Shown here one piece after another: positions 53,408 through 62,653 of a stretch of DNA of 64,000 nucleotides. The notes under the pieces are model-generated. The model had not been told where the DNA came from, searched no databases, and saw nothing but the letters and a program-made list of their open reading frames with translations. The position numbers and the translations under genes were made by a program. The stretch lies in IMG/VR virus record IMGVR_UViG_3300029705_000015. The stretch is one strand, 5' to 3'. How positions within the stretch are numbered: position 1 is the stretch's first letter; each line of letters starts with the position of its first letter. This DNA comes from a virus (taxonomy: Duplodnaviria > Heunggongvirae > Uroviricota > Caudoviricetes).

Positions 53408-53741
53408 CTCGCAAGAAATGCAAGATTTGATGCAGTTGCAACAAATGTCGGAAGTTGAGAACTTCCATAAGCGTTCTATTGTAGAGGAATTTGAGCTGAG
53501 TAACATGATTGAGTTACTTAATAATGCTCCAGGAATCGGCTGGTCCGCCTCAGCAAGAAGAATGATTGCAGAACATCTTGTTGCTAACGGTGTGAAAATT
53601 CCTGTTTACTGTAAGGACTGTAAACATCGGAAAAGGCCTTTGTTTGCTGGATGCGGTGATGCATACTGTGACAAACACCATAGGCACGTAGAATTTGAGG
53701 ATTTCTGTTCTGATGGAGCGAGGAGGGATAACAATGCTTGA
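53400..53741 (+). CDS. hypothetical protein
   Basis: ORF with an overlapping start. Confidence 0.45.
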   Translation: MTNSQEMQDLMQLQQMSEVENFHKRSIVEEFELSNMIELLNNAPGIGWSASARRMIAEHLVANGVKIPVYCKDCKHRKRPLFAGCGDAYCDKHHRHVEFEDFCSDGARRDNNA

Positions 53742-54132
53742 TTGTGTTGGTAAAGAATTACAGATTGGTGACAAAGTTGTCTGTGCTGATAGACAGTATG
53801 CTGATTTACTGATTGGTGAGATTATCGGCTTTACACCAAAGAAAGCTCGTGTTCGTTATCATAGAAGTGAGTACGGTGATGCTTATGGTGTACACGGACA
53901 GAATGAGCAGTTAAAAGAATCCTATCAGATTTTCAAGTATGAGGAAGTAAAAGAAGCTTACTGGCAGCACCGAGGAGCTCACAATGATTACATCTGGGCG
54001 GAATGTTCTAACTGCGGATTTCGTGAAGAGAACTGGAAAGTAGTCAAGCTCGGAAAAAGCGATACTGACTATGTGGATGTTAAGTGGCAACACTGCCCTA
54101 ACTGTGGATCTCGTATGAAGGTGAGGAAATAA
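53734..54132 (+). CDS. hypothetical zinc-ribbon protein
   Basis: GGAGGG RBS before the ATG at 53734. CSNCG...CPNCG motif. Confidence 0.5.
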   Translation: MLDCVGKELQIGDKVVCADRQYADLLIGEIIGFTPKKARVRYHRSEYGDAYGVHGQNEQLKESYQIFKYEEVKEAYWQHRGAHNDYIWAECSNCGFREENWKVVKLGKSDTDYVDVKWQHCPNCGSRMKVRK

Positions 54133-54135
54133 GCA

Positions 54136-54444
54136 ATGAAAAGATTAACATATAAACAAGGAATTGATGGTTACGAGGATGTTGGTTTACGTACTGGTGT
54201 AACTGTTGGAGACGCAATTTGTAAACTTGCAGATCTTGAAGAGCGGAATGTTGAAAGTAGAGTCCTTGATCTTCCTGCAGTATCAGAGCATGAGTATCAG
54301 CTCTTTGTGGAAGGTCTTGAAGATTATTTCAAAGAAGCAGATCAGGAAGATACAAGTGTTGGTATCTTTGGTATGACTTATGGTGAAAAGATGCTCGCGA
54401 ATGCTCTTATGAAGTTCTTGAAGGACGGCATTAAGAATGAGTAA
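54136..54444 (+). CDS. hypothetical protein
   Basis: ORF. Confidence 0.45.
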   Translation: MKRLTYKQGIDGYEDVGLRTGVTVGDAICKLADLEERNVESRVLDLPAVSEHEYQLFVEGLEDYFKEADQEDTSVGIFGMTYGEKMLANALMKFLKDGIKNE

Positions 54445-54712
54445 GAGTCTTAGAGCCGATGTTGAAAAAGCTGTTGCGGATTCAAGACGCCTTGATGAGG
54501 ACTACTTTATGCAGCAGTGCCGAGGATTAACTTCACCAGAGATACTCAACTTCTATCGCAACTATTATTATCAAGAACCATCATGTACTGAACACGGACT
54601 TGTTGCAGTTGCACTAAATGAAATATTGCCTAACTATACACGATATGTACAAGCACATCAATTGGCACTCGAGGGGAGGTTCGATGAAGCAATCAAAAGA
54701 ATACTTAAGTAA
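54437..54712 (+). CDS. hypothetical protein
   Basis: ORF. Confidence 0.45.
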   Translation: MSKSLRADVEKAVADSRRLDEDYFMQQCRGLTSPEILNFYRNYYYQEPSCTEHGLVAVALNEILPNYTRYVQAHQLALEGRFDEAIKRILK

Positions 54713-54875
54713 AGAAACATTACTTAAAGGAATTGAACTATCTCAGCAAGTTTACAATGAACATGAATCTGAACTGACTCCTTTGCTTGTTAAGATGGCT
54801 GTTACTGCATTGGAAACAATCAAAGAATTTGTTAACATGACTCCAGCAGAATATGTTCAGGAGGTAGATGCTTGA
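54684..54875 (+). CDS. hypothetical protein
   Basis: GGGGAGG RBS before the ATG at 54684. Confidence 0.4.
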   Translation: MKQSKEYLSKETLLKGIELSQQVYNEHESELTPLLVKMAVTALETIKEFVNMTPAEYVQEVDA

Positions 54876-55078
54876 TGACTGTTGTATTTATTCTTGCACT
54901 TCTAGTTGTAATATTTGCATTATTCAACTATAATAAAATTAGCTATTCAAAGTGGTATGAAAGATGTGTAATCAATTCAAAGCATCCTGACTGGTCTCCG
55001 AAGTGCGGAATTGATTTCATCAAGAAAGATCCACAGTGGTTTATTGATAACGGATACGAGGAGTATGTTAACATATGA
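54872..55078 (+). CDS. small membrane protein
   Basis: N-terminal TM helix. Confidence 0.4.
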   Translation: MMTVVFILALLVVIFALFNYNKISYSKWYERCVINSKHPDWSPKCGIDFIKKDPQWFIDNGYEEYVNI

Positions 55079-55248
55079 AACTTGTATTTATTGGAACCGA
55101 TGGGTCAATGGGGCTAACTACTGGTAAGACTTATACTGCTCGTGTTACCAGCGATGAACGCTATATATGGGTAAGTTGGAATAAAGGTTCTTGTTGCTAC
55201 TCAAGTCCTCAAACATTTGCAAAAAATTGGGCTATCGTGAGAGATTAA
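55075..55248 (+). CDS. small hypothetical protein
   Basis: 57-aa ORF with ATGA overlap. Confidence 0.3.
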   Translation: MKLVFIGTDGSMGLTTGKTYTARVTSDERYIWVSWNKGSCCYSSPQTFAKNWAIVRD

Positions 55249-55250
55249 GT

Positions 55251-55382
55251 ATGTTTAACTGGATAAGAAGACAATTTTGTAAACATGAATTCATTCATGT
55301 TCAAAAGACTATTTATGCCGATTGTGTATGCCATTCATATCTTTGTAAAAAGTGTGGATGGATAAGAAAGATTGTCACATGA
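55251..55382 (+). CDS. small zinc-binding protein (paralog pair member)
   Basis: CKHEF...CVCHSYLCKKCG motif. Confidence 0.3.
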   Translation: MFNWIRRQFCKHEFIHVQKTIYADCVCHSYLCKKCGWIRKIVT

Positions 55383-55522
55383 AATTATTTAACTGTTTGA
55401 AAAGATTGTGGTGTCAACACGAACATCAGCACATCAAGAAAACTGTTTACAAGAACGCAATTGTAACTACATTTACATGCCTCAACTGTGGTCATGTAGA
55501 TACAATAATGAAATGTAGGTGA
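55379..55522 (+). CDS. small zinc-binding protein (paralog pair member)
   Basis: CQHEH...CLNCGH motif, similar to the gene at 55251. Confidence 0.3.
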   Translation: MKLFNCLKRLWCQHEHQHIKKTVYKNAIVTTFTCLNCGHVDTIMKCR

Positions 55523-55851
55523 TTTCTATGGGAGAACATTTTACTGAGTACGCATACAAGAATGGTTATGCGGCAGGATATGAAGCAGCCAAACAAACTT
55601 ATTCTGAGGGTAACGACTTCTTTGTTAAGTTTCCTTGCAAGCCGGGCGACATTGTTTACATAATTGAAGGCAATGTTCTTACAACTCACAAGTGTACTGG
55701 CTTCTGGGTTGCCGAGAACTGGATCCAGCTTCAACTGCTTGATGGTAGAACATTTACTTGTTGGGACGGTGTTGACAAATATTTCAACAAGACTATATTC
55801 ACTGATATGGAACTTGCACTTGCAGAATGGGAAAAGGTCAAAAATGATTAA
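55519..55851 (+). CDS. hypothetical protein
   Basis: ORF. Confidence 0.45.
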   Translation: MISMGEHFTEYAYKNGYAAGYEAAKQTYSEGNDFFVKFPCKPGDIVYIIEGNVLTTHKCTGFWVAENWIQLQLLDGRTFTCWDGVDKYFNKTIFTDMELALAEWEKVKND

Positions 55852-56359
55852 GAAATTCTTCAAGTGGCTAAACTATAGATTTTCAAGGGAGTGGTGCTAT
55901 GAGCAACAAATGGTTAAAGGTAATGCTTGCGATAGTCGGTGTAACGGCGTCTTTGGCGGTGGTCCTGAAACTAACTGGCTGTCGTATTCCTGTATGGACT
56001 GCAGGTTTTGGTCACCAGAAAGGAAAGTAAAAAGAGTGAGAGATATCGGTAGAGTATTTACACCTGGAGACAAAGTTTTTGTTCTCGAAAGAGATGAGTG
56101 TGGAGCTGCATCGGATATTAGTGGCTTCATGTTTCTTGCTCAAAATGAGCATGTAGTAATTGTTACACCGTTTATCAATGAGATGAGAAAGTTAAAAGAA
56201 ACTCTTGATTATCTTGTTGAACAAACAGCTGAAAACTACAATTGTGAACTGTGTGTATTTCCTATCAATGATTGCTTCTTAAGTGTTGAAGCCGCAAAGA
56301 TCCAGAGAACACTGGAAGAAGATGCATATGAATATGCAGATGAGGATGAAGACGAATGA
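55844..56359 (+). CDS. hypothetical Cys-rich protein
   Basis: ATG at 55844 with ATGA overlap. Confidence 0.45.
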   Translation: MIKKFFKWLNYRFSREWCYEQQMVKGNACDSRCNGVFGGGPETNWLSYSCMDCRFWSPERKVKRVRDIGRVFTPGDKVFVLERDECGAASDISGFMFLAQNEHVVIVTPFINEMRKLKETLDYLVEQTAENYNCELCVFPINDCFLSVEAAKIQRTLEEDAYEYADEDEDE

Positions 56360-56625
56360 GTGATGAATTGATTCGTAAATCAGATGCAAGAAGAGCTGTA
56401 TTACAAGCAGCTCCCAATGTTGCTTACTGTATTGAAAACTTGAAGCCTGTAAGTGCTGTCATTCCAAAAGAAGCAGTAATTGTTGAAAGAATTGTTGATC
56501 ATACGTTCCCATCCCACACTGTATTTGAATGTAGTCTGTGTGATGCTTCTGTTGAGCCGTTTCATAACTGGTGCGGTATCTGTGGTGCAAGATTCAAAGA
56601 GGTGCAATATGTCAGAAATGTTTAA
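56356..56625 (+). CDS. hypothetical zinc-ribbon protein
   Basis: CSLCD...CGICG motif. Confidence 0.45.
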   Translation: MSDELIRKSDARRAVLQAAPNVAYCIENLKPVSAVIPKEAVIVERIVDHTFPSHTVFECSLCDASVEPFHNWCGICGARFKEVQYVRNV

Positions 56626-56708
56626 CAGTGAATATAAAGATATCCCTGTTCCCAATGTTACACGAATTATGAGGAACAGAGCTAAGTTCATGGTGGAGGC
56701 TTTGAAAA

Positions 56709-56900
56709 ATGCAAAAAGATTGCCCAATGCAAGTAAACGGAAAATGTCGTCTATCTCAAATGGATTGTTCGGACTATCCATTTAATCTCTGTAGTATCTT
56801 TCAACAAGCATATCAACTCGGAAAAGAAGCTGGCTACAAAGAAGCAGATGCTATGAACTACTACGAAGGATCTGGTATTGGAGGGTTCCATGAGTACTGA
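56709..56900 (+). CDS. hypothetical protein
   Basis: ORF. A competing overlapping ORF lies at 56609-56785. Confidence 0.3.
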   Translation: MQKDCPMQVNGKCRLSQMDCSDYPFNLCSIFQQAYQLGKEAGYKEADAMNYYEGSGIGGFHEY

Positions 56901-57354
56901 TAAACTACGCAAGGGGCAAGATTTACTCAAAGCATATCGTGAGATGCAGACTGCAAGGGAAATGTACACTGCCTCACCAGATACAACAACTTACTTGCTC
57001 TACCGAGACACAAAGAAAACTTATGATAATCTTTGTAAGGAGATTGCAAAAGATCTTGAGCAAGGTCATTCTCCTGAAATGATCAAGGATGCAAAAACAG
57101 ATAACAATGCTGTAAAGCCTCCTGTTGAAATCGGTGACACCGTTTATTTTATCATGAACGGAGAAGTATATAAAACAACTGTTGTTTTATTGTCCTGGAC
57201 ACAGTACTCTGATAAAAGTATTAGATCAGAAATTCGTGGTGAGGTTTGTCCTTTCCACACTTTCGGTGCCACTTGGGATGAGTGGGGCAAGGTTGTGTTC
57301 GGAACTGAGGAGGAGGCAAAGGTAATGTTAACAAAGAAAGATGAATGTGTATGA
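56890..57354 (+). CDS. hypothetical protein
   Basis: GGAGGG RBS before the ATG at 56890. Confidence 0.5.
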   Translation: MSTDKLRKGQDLLKAYREMQTAREMYTASPDTTTYLLYRDTKKTYDNLCKEIAKDLEQGHSPEMIKDAKTDNNAVKPPVEIGDTVYFIMNGEVYKTTVVLLSWTQYSDKSIRSEIRGEVCPFHTFGATWDEWGKVVFGTEEEAKVMLTKKDECV

Positions 57355-57605
57355 GTATAGAATCAGTTCTTGGAATCTATACACTGGTTGTTGTTTTCTG
57401 TAATGTTATTTGGTGGATCTGTTGTTGTCCAGTATCTTGTTTTGGATTGGGGCTCTGTTTTCTAAATCCTCAGTACATTCACAAGAATACAAAACTTAAC
57501 TGGTTTGGAACAATGCTTGTTTGTATTGTTGCTAATCTTGCCTTCGGGCCTATGTCACTACTTTACTGGCTATACAAATTATGTACAGTTGGGAGGAGAT
57601 ACTAA
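57345..57605 (+). CDS. small membrane protein
   Basis: Hydrophobic ORF. Confidence 0.4.
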   Translation: MCMSIESVLGIYTLVVVFCNVIWWICCCPVSCFGLGLCFLNPQYIHKNTKLNWFGTMLVCIVANLAFGPMSLLYWLYKLCTVGRRY

Positions 57606-57607
57606 CT

Positions 57608-57790
57608 GTGACAAGAAAAAGATTTATCAAGCTGTTAATGGCTGCTGGCTACTCTCGTAATCAAAGTAATGTTATTGCGAAGTATTCAGCGCGTCCATAT
57701 ACAGTTTATAACGTTTTATCAGTGCATAAACAACTAACATCTGCTACATGTTATCGTAGAAAAAATTATAGGTATAAAAATGACTCGTAA
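57608..57790 (+). CDS. TRKRFIKLLMA paralog family protein 1 (GTG start)
   Basis: VTRKRFIKLLMAAGYSRNQSNV N-terminus, shared with the genes at 57780 and 59255. Confidence 0.45.
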   Translation: MTRKRFIKLLMAAGYSRNQSNVIAKYSARPYTVYNVLSVHKQLTSATCYRRKNYRYKNDS

Positions 57791-57974
57791 AAGATTTGTT
57801 AAATTACTAATGGCTAGTGGGCAATCTCGTAACTTAGCTAATGTTACAGCACAAGCATTTTGTATGCTACAGAAACCCTACATGTTTCCAGCGTACTTTG
57901 AACAAGCAACTTCAGCTTCGTGTTATCCAGTAAAGAACTACAAGATATCTTTCGACAAATGGAGGTATAAATGA
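57780..57974 (+). CDS. TRKRFIKLLMA paralog family protein 2
   Basis: MTRKRFVKLLMASGQSRNLANV. Confidence 0.45.
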   Translation: MTRKRFVKLLMASGQSRNLANVTAQAFCMLQKPYMFPAYFEQATSASCYPVKNYKISFDKWRYK

Positions 57975-58159
57975 AACGCGTTGATATGATTGATAACTGT
58001 TTCAAACAATACCAACTGTTAGTTGATAAACTTGCAATAACAGCCGACGACAAAAATGAAGCAAGAAGACTTCGTATGAATTCAGCACAACTTATGATTG
58101 TTTTAAGACAGTTCGGATGCCAGAGAGACAACAACTATGACGCTAAAAGAATATCTTGA
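57971..58159 (+). CDS. hypothetical protein
   Basis: ORF. Confidence 0.4.
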   Translation: MKRVDMIDNCFKQYQLLVDKLAITADDKNEARRLRMNSAQLMIVLRQFGCQRDNNYDAKRIS

Positions 58160-58316
58160 AAAACAGATTAAATATTTTTCTGAATCAAAGAAAGAATCCA
58201 GAGTAGATGACCCTATGTATCATCTATTTGAAGGACGTGTGAGAGCATATACTGATATTCTTCTAACTTGCCCTACTAGCGTGCTTGAAAAGAAAATTTT
58301 AGATGAGGTGTGGTAA
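58137..58316 (+). CDS. small hypothetical protein
   Basis: 59-aa ORF. Confidence 0.3.
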   Translation: MTLKEYLEKQIKYFSESKKESRVDDPMYHLFEGRVRAYTDILLTCPTSVLEKKILDEVW

Positions 58317-58317
58317 G

Positions 58318-58506
58318 ATGTTAAATTTGATTGCGTGTATCATCTGTTCATTAGCTGTTATTGCACAATGGAATGATAACTGGGCATTAGTTACTGTTTG
58401 TGCATTGTTTGCTCTGGCTAATGGTTACTTTTCAATTCCGTGGTTGCGTAAAAAGTTTACTGAATTGAATTATTCTTGGAAGCACAGACACGATGATGAC
58501 TTTTGA
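58318..58506 (+). CDS. small membrane protein
   Basis: GAGGTG RBS. Two TM segments. Confidence 0.4.
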   Translation: MLNLIACIICSLAVIAQWNDNWALVTVCALFALANGYFSIPWLRKKFTELNYSWKHRHDDDF

Positions 58507-58512
58507 TTACAG

Positions 58513-58541
58513 TTGAATAAACTCCTATACTACATTATAAT
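58513..58541 (+). promoter_or_regulatory. sigma70-like promoter (TTGAAT-17-TATAAT)
   Basis: Conserved motif. Confidence 0.45.
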
Positions 58542-58574
58542 AATATTGTAGAAATCAGTTGAGGAGGAGTCACC

Positions 58575-59258
58575 ATGAAACGCTATATGATTGAAGTTGT
58601 CCCTAAGTTTGAACAGAATCCTACACAAGATGATTTTGATGTCATTTGTGCAGAACTTGTTACAGCTGTTGATAATCTGTGCAATAACAACAAAAGATCT
58701 TTTCATGTTATGTATCCTCTTCAGGAAGATATAGATAAAGGTAACTATCATTATCGGATTCATATCCTTGTCAATAGTGAGAGTGAGTTACGCTCCTCTA
58801 CTCTCTTTGATCTTTTGAATCCCATCCATCCTCTTGTTCTGATTAACTTGCAGGAAAGTAGATTCTGTATGAGAGCAGGGGATGGTGTGCATTGGTATCA
58901 CGAAGGTGAGACAACTTACTATGATGGTGGTACCTATACTAGTCCTAACTATGATCTGTATATCAACGGCAAGACACACTATACTGTACAATATGTTCCT
59001 CTTGCAATTCGGAGTATGTATGATCGAGATAAGAAACGCTACGAAGGCGTAACCTATATGTGGCGGTGCACTGGCTGTTGGGATAACTTTATGCAAGCGA
59101 CAACACTAGATGAGGCGCTTGTTGAATTTGAAGATTACTACTACAAGTTGCTATGGAAGGCTGTTGAGGGTACTAGAGAGCATCTTAGGGAAGCCGAAGA
59201 TAACTTCAAACAGTTTGTTGAATATCAGATGTTTACAAGACGTGGAGGCCAGAAATGA
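58575..59258 (+). CDS. hypothetical protein
   Basis: GAGGAGGAG RBS. Confidence 0.55.
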   Translation: MKRYMIEVVPKFEQNPTQDDFDVICAELVTAVDNLCNNNKRSFHVMYPLQEDIDKGNYHYRIHILVNSESELRSSTLFDLLNPIHPLVLINLQESRFCMRAGDGVHWYHEGETTYYDGGTYTSPNYDLYINGKTHYTVQYVPLAIRSMYDRDKKRYEGVTYMWRCTGCWDNFMQATTLDEALVEFEDYYYKLLWKAVEGTREHLREAEDNFKQFVEYQMFTRRGGQK

Positions 59259-59503
59259 CTCGTAACAGATTTATCAAACTTCTGATGTCAAGAGGCTGCC
59301 CTCGAAATGCAGCAAATACTATTGCTGATGAAGCAAGCGAAACATCTTACATCAGTTACTACAAAAGAATGTTATTCAGTACAAGTCCTTTTCATCCTTA
59401 TGTTGATTACACAATATATTCAGATGGTAAGGTTGAATGTATTGTAGGAGACTATTATGATTCAATCAGAGATTACATTACGAGAAGCAATCAAAGCTGT
59501 TAG
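59255..59503 (+). CDS. TRKRFIKLLMA paralog family protein 3
   Basis: MTRNRFIKLLMSRGCPRNAANT. Confidence 0.45.
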   Translation: MTRNRFIKLLMSRGCPRNAANTIADEASETSYISYYKRMLFSTSPFHPYVDYTIYSDGKVECIVGDYYDSIRDYITRSNQSC

Positions 59504-59795
59504 TGCTTTTCTACCTATCAAGATAATTGTTAATAACTGTGTGCTTTACAATGATTATGATAGTGAGATCGTTGTTGATCAGTTAGAAGATGGTTCTTTC
59601 ATTTTTGGAGAGAAGAATCCTCCTGAAGATGTTGTACCCAATCGTCTTTGGCAATTTGACAATTATCTTGTAACTGATGTTACTGTTGGCATTGTACAAC
59701 ATCATCACAGTATAGTAAGTATTACTGCACATTATTCAAAAGAACTGGAAGTGAAAAACAATGAGGGAAGTTGTAAGAGTCAAGAAAATTCCTGA
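59457..59795 (+). CDS. hypothetical protein
   Basis: ORF. Confidence 0.4.
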   Translation: MIQSEITLREAIKAVSAFLPIKIIVNNCVLYNDYDSEIVVDQLEDGSFIFGEKNPPEDVVPNRLWQFDNYLVTDVTVGIVQHHHSIVSITAHYSKELEVKNNEGSCKSQENS

Positions 59796-60210
59796 GCATG
59801 AAGTTACTCAGCGATGGTATATTGCGGAAGACGGAACTGAATTTGCAAGAGAACAAGACTGTGTAAGATATGAGAAGAATTGTGTAATTCAAGCTCATCC
59901 TGTTTTCAAAACTTGTATAACTGGATGTCACACGTTTGATGAATGTTACGGTATGGTTCTATATCATCTAAGAAACGATGAAGATCATGAGTTTTTGTTG
60001 AGTACTTTCACTGATCGCCAGAAGATTCATTTTGCTGATGAGTATGAAAAGTACGGACCTGGTTGGTACATGTACTATTCGGAATCCGGAGACTATATCT
60101 ATGACATCTCCAATCTACGAAACTTCGAACATTACTTGGAAGAAACACGAGATGATTTCAACAGATGGGAAGATGAAATCATTGAGAAGATGCGAAAAGC
60201 ACTTAGATAA
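59761..60210 (+). CDS. hypothetical protein
   Basis: ORF. Confidence 0.45.
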   Translation: MREVVRVKKIPEHEVTQRWYIAEDGTEFAREQDCVRYEKNCVIQAHPVFKTCITGCHTFDECYGMVLYHLRNDEDHEFLLSTFTDRQKIHFADEYEKYGPGWYMYYSESGDYIYDISNLRNFEHYLEETRDDFNRWEDEIIEKMRKALR

Positions 60211-60230
60211 CTAACATGAAAATATAAATA

Positions 60231-60264
60231 AATGACGCTACATTTTCTGTAGCGTCATTTTTTG
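60231..60264 (+). terminator. rho-independent terminator
   Basis: Hairpin AATGACGCTACA-TTTTC-TGTAGCGTCATT followed by T5. Confidence 0.65.
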
Positions 60265-60347
60265 CTTGTCCCGATACTATCCAGAGGAAATTTCTGTATA
60301 TCAGAAAAGTCGTTGTATATATGATTATAGGACGAAAGGAGATATTC

Positions 60348-60674
60348 ATGTATCTAGCATTCAATTCTAGGGTATATTTTCATGAGTCAATATCTCCTGA
60401 AGATACAGATGTGCTGTGGATACAAGCATCACCGATTGATAGAATTGTTCCCACATCAAGTTTGTTAGTCGATTCCGATACTGATTTTGTTGAAGAATCA
60501 AAACAATTGTTATCTATTTATGATTTTGAGATAATTCCTCAAGTAAAAATCTTTTCAGCTGAATCACAGGATTGGGAAGTATGCGTTGGAGCATACACAC
60601 TTGTATCAAGTGATGGTTATATTTTGAAAGCTTCTGAGGGAGCGTACTTGATAACAAAGAAAGGAGATTACTAA
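60348..60674 (+). CDS. hypothetical protein
   Basis: AAGGAG RBS before the ATG at 60348. Confidence 0.45.
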   Translation: MYLAFNSRVYFHESISPEDTDVLWIQASPIDRIVPTSSLLVDSDTDFVEESKQLLSIYDFEIIPQVKIFSAESQDWEVCVGAYTLVSSDGYILKASEGAYLITKKGDY

Positions 60675-62320
60675 TGAGCACAAGGGAAGAATATCAGTTA
60701 TCTCTTACTGCACAAGAGATTGACGATAAACTAAGAACATCAGTCCTTTACACCGAACAGGTTTTGACCGATGAACAGAAAGCACAGGCAAGGGCGAATA
60801 TTGGGGCTGCTGACGAAGAAGCAATTTGCGATAAACTGACCGTCCACAAATTTGTAAACCTGTATGACAAAGATTCAACAGAAAATGAGGACGGCGGATA
60901 CTATGCGGCAACCCCTGCCGTATTTGAGTGGAAAGTAAGCGCCAACCACAGGGAAACCCATTTTATTCCCTGTAAACCACAAACTGCATACAGTTTTTCC
61001 GCATGGGTAACATCAGCCTTTAGTGGTTGGCATGTTGGTTATTTTGATAAGGATAAGAACTACATAACAGGTACTTCTTCAGGTCACGGTAATACCTATA
61101 TAACAACGCCAAAAAATGCTTGTTATTTCCGGGTGGGTATTAGTAAAACCTACTTTGATAAATTGTCTATCGTTGAGGGCAAGGTCGCACCGCCCCACTA
61201 TTTGCCCTACAATCAAGAGGCGGTAGGTACTACAGTAAATCCCTATTTTAACGATTTGTTCGTAAATGGCGAGAGTGTAAAAACAAAGTTTGCCGATATG
61301 GGCGGTGCTTTGGGAGATTTGCAGACGGAAACCGAAACTCTAAAGGGTCAAGTTGAGGAACTGCAAACCGGCACAGAGGACACTGATTCCCCAAGCGGCG
61401 TAACCTTGCCCTTGAATATTTCCGGCATCTATACCAGTGCCGCAAGTACGGACTTCTTCCCCAACCTTGCCGCAATCTATACAGCATATGACCAATTTTT
61501 GACACAGAAGAATGTGACCAAAAAGGTTATAGGCTACGGCTCAAAAGCGGATGGCACAGAAGATACCACACTTCCCATTTATGCCTATACTATCGGCAAT
61601 CCCATTTCCGGGGATGTAAAGGACTGCCCCAAGGTGTTGTTAACATCGGGCATACACGCCGACGAAAAAACCGCAATCATGGGATTATATAACTTTGTGG
61701 CAAGCCTGTTTGACAGCACCAACGAAAACGGCACAGCACTACGGAACGCATTGACCTTTGAAGTTGTACCTTGCATCAATCCGTGGGGGTATGACAATAC
61801 AACCACAAACAACGAGGGCAGACTTAACGCAAGGGGCGTAAATATCAATCGCAACTTTGGCAACAACTGGGAAATCAAAACCGATAACGACAAAGGGTCT
61901 GCCCCCTATTCCGAATTGGAAACCCAAGCATTAAAGGCGTGGATTGAGGATAATGCAGATGCACTCTTGCATATCGACTGTCATAACCACAACTATCCTA
62001 GAGAAACGCATATTTTCTATATGGCTTCTGATTCAGACAAGCAGAAGAAGATTTTTTCCGGCACACTTAGAAAGATTATGCCCCATGTAAATACCGCTTT
62101 TGGGGTAGACCTTTCTACAAGAAGTCATTTTGTGGAGCGAAACACAATCCCCGGTGTATGTGCAGAAAGTTATGTATTCCATAATATCGACGGCGGTATT
62201 ATCGAAACACCCTACCAAACCGCATACGGTGGAACTTGTGCGGATGGTGGCTTTATTACACCTACCGCCGATGTGATTGGCAACTATCTTATTGAAGCCA
62301 TCAAAAATGTAAGACACTAA
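60674..62320 (+). CDS. M14 zinc carboxypeptidase-like domain protein (possible virion-associated peptidoglycan peptidase)
   Basis: SGIHADEKT matches the M14 GIHAREW-type HxxE zinc-binding motif. The region is noticeably more GC-rich than its flanks. Confidence 0.5.
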   Translation: MSTREEYQLSLTAQEIDDKLRTSVLYTEQVLTDEQKAQARANIGAADEEAICDKLTVHKFVNLYDKDSTENEDGGYYAATPAVFEWKVSANHRETHFIPCKPQTAYSFSAWVTSAFSGWHVGYFDKDKNYITGTSSGHGNTYITTPKNACYFRVGISKTYFDKLSIVEGKVAPPHYLPYNQEAVGTTVNPYFNDLFVNGESVKTKFADMGGALGDLQTETETLKGQVEELQTGTEDTDSPSGVTLPLNISGIYTSAASTDFFPNLAAIYTAYDQFLTQKNVTKKVIGYGSKADGTEDTTLPIYAYTIGNPISGDVKDCPKVLLTSGIHADEKTAIMGLYNFVASLFDSTNENGTALRNALTFEVVPCINPWGYDNTTTNNEGRLNARGVNINRNFGNNWEIKTDNDKGSAPYSELETQALKAWIEDNADALLHIDCHNHNYPRETHIFYMASDSDKQKKIFSGTLRKIMPHVNTAFGVDLSTRSHFVERNTIPGVCAESYVFHNIDGGIIETPYQTAYGGTCADGGFITPTADVIGNYLIEAIKNVRH

Positions 62321-62509
62321 CGAACCACAAAAGCACCATCCTCCGGGGTGGTGACAATAACACGGAGGTAATGTAATGTACCACAGTTAAAAGAAAGGCG
62401 GCGTGTATTGATACTCACAACTCAACATAAAAAACGATTTGTCTTCACGCACACTATACGAAAATAACAAGATAACCTCCAAAAACCTTTTACATATACT
62501 TGAGAACAT

Positions 62510-62545
62510 AAAAATGACGCTGTCAACTTACAGCGTCATTTTTAT
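62510..62545 (+). terminator. rho-independent terminator
   Basis: Hairpin AAATGACGCTGT-CAACTT-ACAGCGTCATTT followed by T-rich sequence. Its stem is related to the terminator at 60231. Confidence 0.6.
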
Positions 62546-62653
62546 ATGCGGTACTTTTCTGTAAATTTATGTATTTCTACTTGGTTGATCCAAACTTTGA
62601 ATTACTGTATATATTACTGTTCTGAAGTCTATGTAGAAAGGAAACAGACGAAT

